NCBI GenBank assembly: GCA_050253075.1
Contig: JBFWJS010000006.1
Coordinates: forward strand, 1-64,000
DNA length: 64,000 nucleotides
Direction: 5' to 3'
Origin: Deferribacterales bacterium
GTDB taxonomy: Bacteria > Chrysiogenota > Deferribacteres > Deferribacterales > Geovibrionaceae
In this document: one piece after another, positions 1-10,025 of the stretch
Position numbering within the stretch: the stretch's first letter is position 1
Layout: every line of letters begins with the position of its first letter
Program-made: the position numbers and the translations under genes
The notes under the pieces: generated by a model
Databases searched by the model: none
The model's input: the letters and a program-made list of their open reading frames with translations, nothing else
What the model was told of the DNA's origin: nothing

Positions 1-95
1 AGGCTCTCAGAATAGAGAGAGCTAGTCTTGTATCTGAGTAAGTGTTGAAACTTTTCCAATTATATTGAATAAGTCGCCCCGCTCAGTTATAGTGC

Positions 96-121
96 AAAAA
101 ACGCCGCCGTTTTGGCGGCGT
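96..121 (-). terminator. Intrinsic terminator-like hairpin
   Basis: AAAAA-ACGCCGCC-gtttt-GGCGGCGT: perfect 8-bp stem, with the U-tract on the minus strand. Confidence 0.55.
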
Positions 122-162
122 GCTACAGTATTGAAGATTTTTCAGCTATTCCGATATTAGAT

Positions 163-260
163 ATATATAGATAATAAAAACCATAAATAAGGACTTTGGC
201 CCGGCTATTTCTATGCTTTATCCCTCCTCCCCCCTTAAAGCATGTAGCCGGGATTTTTTT
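163..260 (+). ncRNA. Candidate sRNA with CU-rich loop and intrinsic terminator
   Basis: CCCGGCTA(200-207)/TAGCCGGG(245-252) and ATGCTTTA(213-220)/TAAAGCAT(236-243) stems, loop TCCCTCCTCCCCCCT, T7 tail; sigma28-like TCCGATAT at 150-157; 5' end is estimated. Confidence 0.45.
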
Positions 261-383
261 GTCTAATGGTTAAATATTGTCAGATATTTTCAAACCGTAG
301 ATAGTTTTATTGGAAAACATCTCTCCTTACAGTTAAAATGGTATATATACATGGTTTAAATTTTAGCCGTTAATCTTTCGGAG

Positions 384-2039
384 ATGTCTATGAGCAAGGA
401 TAAAAACAACTGCAAAGGCTTTATGCCTGTCATTATTACAATATTAACACTTCTGGGTATTCTGGCTTTCAGCATTTACTACCTGAACCATCACTACATA
501 CATAAGCTGATCATTAATTCGCCTAACAGGTATGAACCGTATCTTGAGAACGTAATACATAATTCATTTTTATATTCAGGAATCTTCCTTTTCCTCGGGT
601 TCATTGTTGCTGCCTATGCTGTTTATTTCATAAATAAGAAGTTTATAAAGCGTCTTAATATACTTTCGGACGTTATGCAGAGCATAGATAAAGGGAACCT
701 TTCGGCGAGAGCGCCTGAGTATCCGACAGGGGCGCAGTGCGGTATATCCGTCACCGTTAATCATATGATGGAGCAGGTGGACAGCACTATTTCAAGGTTC
801 TTCTTCGCATCCACAAACATCGTCGGTGCTTCAAACCACCTCTTATCCCTCTATCACGAGATCAGTGATAAAGTACACCATGTAAACAGCTCTGTCAGTG
901 CCGTTAACATATCCGCAGACGAGCTTGTATCCAGGGGTGAGAGCGTAATGGAGATGTGCCACGAAGCATCCTCCAGCATCAGCGACTGTAATAAGGATGC
1001 CGCAGAAGGAAAGGGCATCATCATGGAAAATAAAGAGAGCATTGAGGCAATTTCAAAAGGTATAAACTCCATTGTAGAAGTTGTCGAAGGCTTTAAGATA
1101 CAGTCTGAGTCGATAGGGCAGATCGTACATGACATTAACGAAATCGCCGAGCAGACAAACATGCTGGCTCTGAATGCCGCCATAGAGGCTGCCAGAGCAG
1201 GGGATCACGGGCGGGGATTTGCCGTGGTGGCTGATGAAGTGCGGAAGCTGGCATCTAAAACGGCAGATTCCACACACGAGATCAGCAAGGTTATCCAGGA
1301 GCTTCAGGGGAGGATAAAAGACGTCACCACGTCTGTGCAGAACTCTGTCGATCTGGTGGATAAAGGTATTTCGCTCTCGGACAGGTCCGTAGAGGCTGTC
1401 GACAATATAGCCAGAAACATCATGAACGTATCTGATAAGATAGACGGTATCGTAACATCAAAGGAAGAGGAGTCCACAGCCATCAGGGATGTGACTCTGA
1501 ATACAGCCGACATCAACACCCAGACGGGCGACATACTTAAAACCGTTGATGAATCAGCATCCGCAGGTGAAAATCTGCTCGGGCTGGCGAATAATATTAC
1601 AAAGCTCGCCTCTGGCTTCCGCTCTGAGCGTATGAAAGTATTTATGCCGTGGACGAAAGAGCTTGAGTTCGGCATAGAGGTAATCGATACACAGCATAAA
1701 AAGCTGATAGATCTGATAAATAACCTATATAACTCTATGAAGAGCAATAAGGGGCTCGACTCGCTGCTCCCCGTATATGATGAACTGCTGGAGTATACGG
1801 TCTATCATTTCGACTTCGAAGAAGACTTTATTAAAAAGAACGGCTACGAGCATGTCCCGAACCACAGACAGCTTCACGAGAAATTAAAAGCGGACGTAAT
1901 GGCACAGAGAGAAAAATTTGTCAGCGGAGAGGCAGTTATAGGGTTTAACCTACTCAGCTTCCTCGAAGACTGGGTGAGGAACCATATACTCATTCAGGAC
2001 AGGAAATACGCAGATATTATATTAGCTAAAAAGAAATAG
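384..2039 (+). CDS. Methyl-accepting chemotaxis protein with C-terminal bacteriohemerythrin domain (DcrH-like)
   Basis: Two TM helices, HAMP, MCP signature [34 protein letters not shown]; hemerythrin ligands IDTQH, HFDFEE, HRQLH, HILIQD. Confidence 0.93.
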   Translation: MSMSKDKNNCKGFMPVIITILTLLGILAFSIYYLNHHYIHKLIINSPNRYEPYLENVIHNSFLYSGIFLFLGFIVAAYAVYFINKKFIKRLNILSDVMQSIDKGNLSARAPEYPTGAQCGISVTVNHMMEQVDSTISRFFFASTNIVGASNHLLSLYHEISDKVHHVNSSVSAVNISADELVSRGESVMEMCHEASSSISDCNKDAAEGKGIIMENKESIEAISKGINSIVEVVEGFKIQSESIGQIVHDINEIAEQTNMLALNAAIEAARAGDHGRGFAVVADEVRKLASKTADSTHEISKVIQELQGRIKDVTTSVQNSVDLVDKGISLSDRSVEAVDNIARNIMNVSDKIDGIVTSKEEESTAIRDVTLNTADINTQTGDILKTVDESASAGENLLGLANNITKLASGFRSERMKVFMPWTKELEFGIEVIDTQHKKLIDLINNLYNSMKSNKGLDSLLPVYDELLEYTVYHFDFEEDFIKKNGYEHVPNHRQLHEKLKADVMAQREKFVSGEAVIGFNLLSFLEDWVRNHILIQDRKYADIILAKKK

Positions 2040-2070
2040 GCGGGGCTGCATTCAAGGCGTTCGAATAAGA

Positions 2071-2202
2071 GTCACTCTGAGGAGCTTAGCGACGTGAGAG
2101 TCTAGTAACTTTTGATAAGCAAGACCTTATAGTCACGGTGACGTTAAGGCTGGATTAGCAATGGTTTTAGATTCTTACGCCTGTGTACAGGCTCAGAATG
2201 AC
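2071..2202. repeat. REPIN-like element (two inverted GTCA-tagged REPs), copy 1
   Basis: GTCACTCTGAGGAGC...GTGAGAGTCT and AGATTCTTACG...CTCAGAATGAC; closely similar to the reverse complement of 6484-6615, same 132-bp length. Confidence 0.85.
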
Positions 2203-2223
2203 AACCAAAGATTATTTTGAAGC

Positions 2224-2265
2224 AAAAAATCCCCAATCTTTTAAAAAGGCTGAGGATTTTATTTA
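2224..2265. terminator. Probable bidirectional terminator between convergent genes
   Basis: AAAATCCCCAATCTT...AAGGCTGAGGATTTT imperfect stem with A/T flanks; similar to 6423-6466. Confidence 0.45.
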
Positions 2266-2303
2266 TAAGTTTTTATAACAACACGTTTATTTAATGTGCA
2301 AGG

Positions 2304-2747
2304 TTATATCCAGCCCTGTTCCTGAGCAAGGTCCACTATACGCATGGCAACGAAGTCCACTGTCTTGTTGCATGAGTTATATTTACCTATACCGAATATT
2401 TTTGCGCTGTTTCTTGTTATGACACGACAGCATGCGCTGCCGAATTCATTTTTGAAATCATCATGCAGCGTCTTTACCACTTTTTCCAGATTTTTTGTGG
2501 ATTCAGCATTTGAGAGCCTTCCCCCCATCATGCTGAGGATGAAAACACCTGAGTTCAAAGCACCGCATATACAGCCCGAACCGCCAACACCTTCGACAAA
2601 GGCAGACATGCCCCGTTTCACTTCATCAGGGAAAGTTTTCCCCGTGTGTTTTTCAAAGGATAAAAGGACAGCTTCTGAGCAGTGATAGCCTTCTTTAAAG
2701 AGTTTGACCGCGTCTAACGATACTTTATCGGATAATGAGTTTGACAT
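2304..2747 (-). CDS. C_GCAxxG_C_C family putative redox protein
   Basis: GYHCSEAV, GCICGALNSG, ACC and late Cys pattern. Confidence 0.85.
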   Translation of the reverse strand: MSNSLSDKVSLDAVKLFKEGYHCSEAVLLSFEKHTGKTFPDEVKRGMSAFVEGVGGSGCICGALNSGVFILSMMGGRLSNAESTKNLEKVVKTLHDDFKNEFGSACCRVITRNSAKIFGIGKYNSCNKTVDFVAMRIVDLAQEQGWI

Positions 2748-2873
2748 TTATGCACCATTGTTTATTAAAGTCTTCCCAAATAACATAATACAGTGTTATT
2801 TTATGTCAACAAATTTGTATTATATGGTATTTTAACTATATATTCATAAGATAGAAATTACAAAGAGGATCCC

Positions 2874-3956
2874 ATGAAAGTTTATTTATTTATTTTAATA
2901 ATGCTTACGTCGATCTTGGGCTTTACTCACGAGATCACCGTGAACGACCTTTACGGCAGGACAGTGGTGACACCTGCGACAGTGACAAAGGTAGCTGCTA
3001 TCGGACCGGGGGCTCTCAGGCTCTTGGTGTATTCCGGTGTTCAGGATATGCTGGTCGGCAGAGAAGAATTTGAAGAAAAGCTTTCCAAATCACTCAGACC
3101 GTATACCTATGCTCTTTCAGCCGATTATAATAATCTCCCTGTCATCTCAACAGGCGGCCCCGGGGTTATGCCTGATATGGAAAAGCTGATAATGGTGAAG
3201 CCTGATGTTATATTTGCATCCGGTTTTTCATCTGCTGCGCTGGATATTATAAATAAAATGACAAAAGTGCCTGTGGTGGGCGTCAGCTATGGCGACACGG
3301 GGCATATTGAGTTTAATAAAGTGGTAGATTCCCTCAGACTGATAGGATACGTCACACACAATCAAAAGCGCACGCAGGACGTTATGAACAAGATGGCCAT
3401 GATGCGCAAAGACCTCATGGGCAGAGTAGAGGACGAAACGCCCAAGTCTGTCTATATGGCATCCATCGCATATAAAGGCGCAAATGGCTTTTACAGCTCC
3501 GAAAGAGAGCATCCGTCGTGCATTATGCTGAATCTGAAGAACCTCGCCGACGATTATCAAAGCCACGAAAGCCACATAATAGCAGACCATGCATCGCTGA
3601 TAAAAGCTCAGCCAGATTTCATCTTTTACGATGTGACAGGTATAGACATCCTTAAAAAAGGATATAAAGAGATGTATCCCGAGCTGAGCCGGTTTAATGC
3701 GATAAAAGAGGGGAAGGTATACTCTGTGCTCCCTTATAACTGGTATAACTCAAACGTGGAGAACATTTTCCTCACTTCTTACTTTATTGGTAAGGTGATG
3801 TATCCTGAAAAATTCAGCGATGTGAACATAGCGCACTACGCAGACGAGATATATAACGCATTCATCCATATAAATCCATACAGCGACATAGCACAGAAAA
3901 ACCCTGTTTACCGCAGTATGACATTCGAAAAAGACGGGATGAGATTTGGGAAATAA
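2874..3956 (+). CDS. ABC transporter substrate-binding protein, iron-chelate/cobalamin (TroA-like) family
   Basis: Signal peptide, DLYGRTV, EKLIMVKPDVIF, AIKEGKVY, GKVMYPEKF motifs. Confidence 0.8.
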   Translation: MKVYLFILIMLTSILGFTHEITVNDLYGRTVVTPATVTKVAAIGPGALRLLVYSGVQDMLVGREEFEEKLSKSLRPYTYALSADYNNLPVISTGGPGVMPDMEKLIMVKPDVIFASGFSSAALDIINKMTKVPVVGVSYGDTGHIEFNKVVDSLRLIGYVTHNQKRTQDVMNKMAMMRKDLMGRVEDETPKSVYMASIAYKGANGFYSSEREHPSCIMLNLKNLADDYQSHESHIIADHASLIKAQPDFIFYDVTGIDILKKGYKEMYPELSRFNAIKEGKVYSVLPYNWYNSNVENIFLTSYFIGKVMYPEKFSDVNIAHYADEIYNAFIHINPYSDIAQKNPVYRSMTFEKDGMRFGK

Positions 3957-4047
3957 ATTACTATAAATAAAAAGTTATCAGTAATAAATAAATGTTATTG
4001 ATTCTATAAAATAATGCTATAATTTTATTATTTCTCAGGTGAGGTCT

Positions 4048-6393
4048 ATGTTTAAATCCATACCTATACGTCTTAATATCATATCTAATATCGCTATGGT
4101 CACTCTCATCGGAGTTGGGCTTGTTGTCTGTGTGCAGATATACTACAGCAATAAACTCGCAGTATCCGCCGCAAACACTCTGTTCACAAGGATCAGTCAG
4201 GACGTGAATATGCGGATGACCGACTTCGACGACAACATCAGGCACACGATAGAGTTTCTCGAAGATTTCCCCGGTATTATATCAAAGCCAGACCTAGGTA
4301 CTGTACACCCGTCAGAAAAGATCATCTCCAAAATAGTAAAGAACAACAAACAGATATATTCAGCATACATAGGGCAGGCCGACGGCAGTTTTTTTCAGGT
4401 GATAAATCTGTCTCTGGACGAAAAACTGCGGAAAGAGCTCGAAGCTCCGGAAAATTCCCGATGGGCAGTGGTAAAGATCGTGAGTAACTCGGGCGAGAAA
4501 CACACAGAGTTCGTAGACGACGATCTCAAGCACATCTCAGGCTATACAGAGCAGAGCGTATATAAACCATACGAAAGACCGTGGTTTACATCTGCAATGC
4601 TTTCGGAGAATATTGTCAAGACAGAGCCCTATACCTTTGCGAACCTCAGCTCTGCAGGCATCAGCTATGCAAAGAAGATATCGGAATCCAGCAATGCCGT
4701 CATAGGTATTGATATATATCTGAACACCCTGACAGAGTTCATGGACGGCATAAGGATGCACGACACCACAGACATAGCCATTATGGACGATCAGGATACT
4801 GTGGTCACGGCCACCAGCGGATACAGCCGCAGCCTGCTGAATAAAGTCATAAACAGTAAATATAAGCAGAATGATATATTCAGCATTTCAGACGGACTAA
4901 AGAAATATCTTGTTATATTAAAACCTTTCAGCAATGAACTGGCGGAAAATCAGAAGATATACGTCGCCGTACCTATGTCTGTCATGAGAGGCCCTTTCGA
5001 CGATATTCTTACGATTTCTTTTTATGTATCTATAGCTCTGTCGGTGATAATAATCCCGCTGATACTAATGAGCAGTAAGATACTGGAAAAGCCCCTCAGG
5101 ATGCTTATGGAAGAGAATAAGCTGATCAGCCAGAGGCGTTTCCACGAGGTTAAGCCCGTGAGGACTATGATAAAGGAATATCAGGATCTCTCAGCCTCTA
5201 TGGTGCGGATGGCGGGCGATATAGAATCTTTCCAGTTGTCGCAGCAGCACCTTTTCGACTCATTCGTAAAGCTCCTCGCTCAGGCTATTGATGATAAATC
5301 CGCATACACAGGCGGTCACTGCGAGCGTGTGCCGATACTCTGTGAGATGATATCCATGGCGGCAAGCGAGTCAGACGATGGGGAGTTCAAAGACTTCCGT
5401 ATAGAGAATATGGACCAATGGCGGGAGATACAGATCAGCGCATGGCTTCATGACTGCGGGAAGCTGGTTATCCCCGAATATGTTGTAGACAAGGCCACAA
5501 GGCTCGAAACCATATATAACCGTATCCACGAGGTGCGCACAAGGTTCGAGGTTGTCTGGCGTGATATAGAGCTTGAGGCCTATAAGAAGATGGGCGAGGG
5601 TACAGACCCTGAATCAGCCCAGAAGTGGCTAAAAGAACAGCATGAACAGCTCATAGAGGACTTTAACTTTATAGCGGAAAAGAATGACGGAGACAACTTT
5701 GTCTCTGATGAAGATGTCAAACGCATAAAGAATATAGCCTCAAGAGAATGGGTGAGACACTTCGACAGCACAATTGGGCTGTCATACGAAGAAGCACAGC
5801 GCACATCAAAGCCTGAGAGCAATATCGAAAAGCTGATAGCGGACAAGGCAGAACACATCATCGAAAGACCTGAAAAAGAGAGAGCTCTCTTTGAAAATAA
5901 CGAATACAACATGAAAGTTCCCGAGCACCTTTATAATCTGGGCGAGGTGTATAACCTATCCATACCTAAAGGTACACTGACAGCAGAGGAACGTTTCAAG
6001 ATAAACGAACACATCATCATGAGCATAAAGATGCTGGAGCAGGTTCCTTTCCCTGAACATATGGCAAATGTGCCTGAATACGCCTGTAACCACCACGAGG
6101 CAGTCAGCGGAAAAGGCTACCCGAGAGGGTTGATAAAGGAAGAAATGAGCCTGCCTTCGAGGATAATGGCTGTGGCAGATGTTTTCGAGGCACTCACAGC
6201 GGCAGACAGACCGTATAAAAAGGCGAAGACGCTTTCCGAAGCGGTGAAGATACTCAGCTTCATGGTAAAAGACGGACACCTAGACGGAGAAGTATTTAAG
6301 CTGTTTATCAAGTCCGGAGTGTATAAGGAATATGCGGAATATCATCTGGCACCCGAACAGATAGACGAAGTGAACGAATCTGATTATGTTTAA
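4048..6393 (+). CDS. Membrane HD-GYP cyclic-dinucleotide phosphodiesterase with periplasmic Cache-like domain
   Basis: Two TM helices, YERPWF Cache motif, GHCERV, WLHDCGK, HHEAVSGKGYP, ADVFEALTAADRPYK; ATG after GAGGT. Confidence 0.9.
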   Translation: MFKSIPIRLNIISNIAMVTLIGVGLVVCVQIYYSNKLAVSAANTLFTRISQDVNMRMTDFDDNIRHTIEFLEDFPGIISKPDLGTVHPSEKIISKIVKNNKQIYSAYIGQADGSFFQVINLSLDEKLRKELEAPENSRWAVVKIVSNSGEKHTEFVDDDLKHISGYTEQSVYKPYERPWFTSAMLSENIVKTEPYTFANLSSAGISYAKKISESSNAVIGIDIYLNTLTEFMDGIRMHDTTDIAIMDDQDTVVTATSGYSRSLLNKVINSKYKQNDIFSISDGLKKYLVILKPFSNELAENQKIYVAVPMSVMRGPFDDILTISFYVSIALSVIIIPLILMSSKILEKPLRMLMEENKLISQRRFHEVKPVRTMIKEYQDLSASMVRMAGDIESFQLSQQHLFDSFVKLLAQAIDDKSAYTGGHCERVPILCEMISMAASESDDGEFKDFRIENMDQWREIQISAWLHDCGKLVIPEYVVDKATRLETIYNRIHEVRTRFEVVWRDIELEAYKKMGEGTDPESAQKWLKEQHEQLIEDFNFIAEKNDGDNFVSDEDVKRIKNIASREWVRHFDSTIGLSYEEAQRTSKPESNIEKLIADKAEHIIERPEKERALFENNEYNMKVPEHLYNLGEVYNLSIPKGTLTAEERFKINEHIIMSIKMLEQVPFPEHMANVPEYACNHHEAVSGKGYPRGLIKEEMSLPSRIMAVADVFEALTAADRPYKKAKTLSEAVKILSFMVKDGHLDGEVFKLFIKSGVYKEYAEYHLAPEQIDEVNESDYV

Positions 6394-6422
6394 TAAGCGT
6401 GTTGTTTCGCACAATTTAAATA

Positions 6423-6466
6423 AAAGAATCCTCAATCTTTTTATCAAAATTGAGGATTCTGTATTT
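6423..6466. terminator. Probable bidirectional terminator
   Basis: AGAATCCTCAAT...ATTGAGGATTCT 12-bp inverted repeat between convergent genes. Confidence 0.6.
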
Positions 6467-6483
6467 TAAGAAGATGTTTTCTT

Positions 6484-6615
6484 GTCATTCTGAGCCTGTT
6501 ACAGGCGTAAGAATCTCAGACTACTGCTTATTAAACTCTTTTAGTCACAGTGACTATAAAGCCTTGATTATCAAAGGCTATGAGACTCTCACGTCGCTTC
6601 GCTCCTCAGAGTGAC
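6484..6615. repeat. REPIN-like element, copy 2 (inverted relative to copy 1)
   Basis: GTCATTCTGAGCCTG...GAATCT and AGACTCTCACGTCGCTTCGCTCCTCAGAGTGAC. Confidence 0.85.
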
Positions 6616-6647
6616 GGTTAACTTTTCTATATTGCTTAACCACCACC

Positions 6648-7931
6648 TTAGCTTTGTTCTTCGTATGGGAATTCAAATACAACCTTTCCGCTCTTTATAG
6701 TGTAAAGTGCGGCTCCCTTCATCATCTTTCCGAGGAAAGGAGAGTTGATCGATTTTGATTTATTCAGCGCCTTTGTAAATTCATATTCTTTATCTACATC
6801 AAGCACTACGAGGTCAGCCAGCTTGCCTTCGGCTATCTCGCCCCTGTCGGATTTCTTGATGAGCTTCGCAGGTGTATATGATGTCAGCCTTACGAAGTCG
6901 TTCATGTTGATGACGCCGTTCGCCACCAGCTCCAGAGAGAGCGGAAGCAATGTCTGAAGACCCGTGATGCCGAACATGGCAAGGTCGAACTCTACATTCT
7001 TTTCATCCACATGGTGCGGTGCGTGGTCTGTGACGATGCAGTCGATGTCGCCTTTTTTAAGGCCGTCTATCATAGCGTCCACATCCTCCTGCGCACGCAG
7101 AGGCGGGTTCATCTTATAGTTTGTATCGTAAGTGAGAAGCTCTTTGTCAGTGAGCTTGAAGTGGTGCGGAGTAACCTCGCATGTGACATTCAGCCCCTGA
7201 GCTTTTGCCCAGCGGATTAGCTCCAGTGTGCCCTTTGAGCTGATGTGACAAATGTGTACGTGTGCCCCTGTCAGCTTAGACATCAGGATATCACGGGCGA
7301 CCATTACCTCCTCAGACTCAGACGGAATGCCTCTGAGACCTGTGATGGTAGCTGTCTCGCCGTCGTGGATAACGCCTGCGCCTGCGAGTGATTTATCCTC
7401 TGCATGGCTGATGACGAATGATCCGAACTGTGATGCATATTCGGCGGCTCTGCGGAAAACTTCGGCACTGCAGACAGGCTTTCCGTCGTCGGAAAAGCCG
7501 ATGGCTCCTGCCTCTGTCATGTCGCCCATCTCAGAGAGCTCTTCGCCCTCCATCTTTTTTGTCATGGCTCCGATAGGGAATATGTCGCATATGCCGAGTT
7601 CTTTACCCTTATCTATCATATACTTTGTTATTGTACTGTTGTCGTTCACAGGCTTAGTGTTCGCCATCGGACAGATAGCCGTCACGCCGCCTGCAACAGC
7701 AGCGTATGAGCCTGATATTATGTCTTCCTTATACTCCAGACCGGGGTCTCTCAGGTGTACATGAAGGTCGATGAGACCCGGTACGACATACTTGCCCTCG
7801 CAGTCGATGACCTTATCGGCTGACACATCCCCCGCATTTATAGAGGCGATCACTTCGCCGTCGATGAGTATATTTCCTTCTATTGTCTTATCATGGTTGA
7901 CTATTTTACAGTTTTTAAGAAGCGTCTTCAT
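6648..7931 (-). CDS. pyrC: Dihydroorotase
   Basis: [40 protein letters not shown]; downstream of pyrB. Confidence 0.95.
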   Translation of the reverse strand: MKTLLKNCKIVNHDKTIEGNILIDGEVIASINAGDVSADKVIDCEGKYVVPGLIDLHVHLRDPGLEYKEDIISGSYAAVAGGVTAICPMANTKPVNDNSTITKYMIDKGKELGICDIFPIGAMTKKMEGEELSEMGDMTEAGAIGFSDDGKPVCSAEVFRRAAEYASQFGSFVISHAEDKSLAGAGVIHDGETATITGLRGIPSESEEVMVARDILMSKLTGAHVHICHISSKGTLELIRWAKAQGLNVTCEVTPHHFKLTDKELLTYDTNYKMNPPLRAQEDVDAMIDGLKKGDIDCIVTDHAPHHVDEKNVEFDLAMFGITGLQTLLPLSLELVANGVINMNDFVRLTSYTPAKLIKKSDRGEIAEGKLADLVVLDVDKEYEFTKALNKSKSINSPFLGKMMKGAALYTIKSGKVVFEFPYEEQS

Positions 7932-8859
7932 TGTTTCCCCCTTTTTTAAGTCCGAGCAGATAGAGAGCGGCCATTCTCACGGCGACACCGTTTGCCACCT
8001 GATCCAGCACTCTGGAATTGTCGCAGTCGGCGATGTTTGTCATGAGCTCCACGCCTCTGTTGATAGGCCCCGGGTGCATGACTATTGCGTCCTTTTTAGC
8101 AAGGGCCAGCTTTGCGCTTGTAAGTCCGAAGAACTTTGCGTATTCCCTTGTGGAAGGGAGGAGCAGCTTACCCTGTCTTTCTCTCTGTATGCGAAGCATG
8201 ATGATGACGTCTGCGCCCTCCACAGCTTCTTCCATTGTTTTACACTTACGGCAGTTGAACGGCTCTATGTGTCTCGGGAGCATCGTCGGAGGTCCAAAAA
8301 GGCGGACATTCGCCCCCAGCTTGTTCATCGCCCATATGTCTGAGCGGGCAACACGTGAGTGTGTGATATCTCCTATTATAGCTATTTCGAGTCCTTTTAT
8401 CCCGCCTTTGTTCTGGCGGATGGTGAGAAGGTCGAGCAAAGCCTGGGTAGGGTGCTCGTTCAGCCCGTCGCCTGCGTTGATGACGGCTGCGTCAGTGTTT
8501 TCAGCGATGAATTTCACTGCGCCTGAGTATGCGTGGCGCACTACGAAAACATCCGAGTGCATAGCCTCCATGTTTTTCACGGTGTCTATCAGCGTTTCCC
8601 CCTTTGTGGTACTGCTGGAGGAGGATGTAAAGTTTATCGTATCGGCGGAAAGCCTTTTTCCTGCTATCTCAAAGGATGTTCTCGTCCTTGTGGATGGTTC
8701 GAAAAAGAGGTTTATGACTGTTCTGCCTTTCAGTGTAGGCACTTTTTTAACGTCGCGTTCGTTGATCTCGCAGAATGTCTGGGCGGTATCGAGCAGATAA
8801 TTTATCTCTTCTGCTGACAGGTCGGACATTCCCAATAAGTCTTTTCTTTTGTAAGACAT
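7915..8859 (-). CDS. pyrB: Aspartate carbamoyltransferase catalytic subunit
   Basis: [29 protein letters not shown]. Confidence 0.97.
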   Translation of the reverse strand: MSYKRKDLLGMSDLSAEEINYLLDTAQTFCEINERDVKKVPTLKGRTVINLFFEPSTRTRTSFEIAGKRLSADTINFTSSSSSTTKGETLIDTVKNMEAMHSDVFVVRHAYSGAVKFIAENTDAAVINAGDGLNEHPTQALLDLLTIRQNKGGIKGLEIAIIGDITHSRVARSDIWAMNKLGANVRLFGPPTMLPRHIEPFNCRKCKTMEEAVEGADVIIMLRIQRERQGKLLLPSTREYAKFFGLTSAKLALAKKDAIVMHPGPINRGVELMTNIADCDNSRVLDQVANGVAVRMAALYLLGLKKGGNNEDAS

Positions 8860-8873
8860 CAAAACACCCCTGT

Positions 8874-9404
8874 TTAATTTAATATGTTAACACAATCATT
8901 TCCGGTTTGTTCCTTAAGCGATACTTCAATTATTTCATCCCTCGCTGTCGGAACTTTTTTACCGGTGAAATCAGGCTGAACAGGGAGCTCCCTGTGGCCT
9001 CTGTCTATGAATACTGCCAGCGATATCTTCTTTGGTCTGCCCAGATCGATAAGGGCATCCATGGCGGCACGGGTCGTCCTGCCGGTGTATATCACATCGT
9101 CTACTAGTATGATATGTTTCCCGTTCACGTCGAAGCTGATCTCTGTCCCCTGAAGAACAGGGTAGTCGGCTATGGACGTGAGGTCGTCTCTGTAGAGTGT
9201 TATGTCCAGATATCCGACGGATATACCGGATTTACCCTCTGATTTAAAAATCTCGCAGAGCCTGTCTGCAAGGTGCGCTCCGCCCCTGCGTATGCCCACA
9301 AGGCATATCTCGCTGGTGTCTCTAACATTCTCGAGTATCTCGTACACGATCCTGTTAAGTGTTCTGGACATCTCGTCCGCGTTCATTATCTCTTTGGATG
9401 GCAT
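8874..9404 (-). CDS. pyrR: Bifunctional pyr regulator / uracil phosphoribosyltransferase
   Basis: [28 protein letters not shown]; start set at MPSKE after GGAG. Confidence 0.95.
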   Translation of the reverse strand: MPSKEIMNADEMSRTLNRIVYEILENVRDTSEICLVGIRRGGAHLADRLCEIFKSEGKSGISVGYLDITLYRDDLTSIADYPVLQGTEISFDVNGKHIILVDDVIYTGRTTRAAMDALIDLGRPKKISLAVFIDRGHRELPVQPDFTGKKVPTARDEIIEVSLKEQTGNDCVNILN

Positions 9405-9416
9405 GATATCCTCCGT

Positions 9417-9470
9417 TAAAAAAGCAAAAAAAAAGCCTTTCAACCGTCAAATGCGGCCAAAAGGCTTTAC
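9417..9470 (-). promoter_or_regulatory. Attenuator-like terminator in the pyrR leader
   Basis: AAAGCCTTT...AAAGGCTTT stem followed by a long U-run just before the RBS; upstream TTGACA(9552-9547)-N18-TACTAT promoter. Confidence 0.6.
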
Positions 9471-9626
9471 GTTCTGTAAGTATGATTTATATTGTCTCTA
9501 AATGTCATCTTTCACCCGCAAAATAGTAACCTTTGAAGCTGATCTTTGTCAACGAAATTTGTTGATAAATAGCGCAGGATTTTATAAAATCACTAAGGTA
9601 TAAAGATTTATTAAAAAGAGGTAATT

Positions 9627-10025
9627 ATGCAGAGAATGAAATTAACCGTGATGTCCGTTATGCTGCTTCTCTTTATCAGCGGATGTATCCCTGCACCGCT
9701 CATAATAGGCGGAGCGTCAGGCGGGGCAGTGTATTCCACTACCAGCGACCATATAAAAGATACTTTCAACATTTCTAAAGAGCAGGCCTTTGAGGTTATG
9801 ATAGGCATCGTAGCCAAAGAGGACGGCAGTGTTAACGTATCCAGCATCGCAGACGGAAAGATAGAGGCCAAGCTAGGTTCTTCACTCCTTTTCGTTACGA
9901 TAAAGCCGATAGACGACACTATGATAGAGGTGAGCATCAGAGCTAAGAAGCATATGGAGCTCATACCTGATAAAGATACAGCTGTAAGAATATACAGAAC
10001 ATTTGTAAAAGAAGTGATGCAGTAA
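9627..10025 (+). CDS. Lipoprotein, DUF3568-like
   Basis: Lipobox ISGC followed by Gly-rich GGASGGAVY. Confidence 0.6.
   Translation: MQRMKLTVMSVMLLLFISGCIPAPLIIGGASGGAVYSTTSDHIKDTFNISKEQAFEVMIGIVAKEDGSVNVSSIADGKIEAKLGSSLLFVTIKPIDDTMIEVSIRAKKHMELIPDKDTAVRIYRTFVKEVMQ

Noticed and set aside
146..184. 12-codon minus-strand peptide MVFIIYIYLISE as a type I toxin downstream of the G-rich loop
   Set aside because: The SD-like G-run is more than 35 nt from the ATG; too short and low-complexity to support
2778..2800. TTATGTTA on the minus strand (also 18071 on plus) as additional dif sites
   Set aside because: Only a partial XerD arm, with no XerC arm at the right spacing
8018..8800. 260-aa plus-strand ORF, and similar shadows at 33883-34620, 47350-48087, 57931-58611 and 61535-62074
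   Set aside because: Each lies opposite a well-supported housekeeping gene and has no recognisable features
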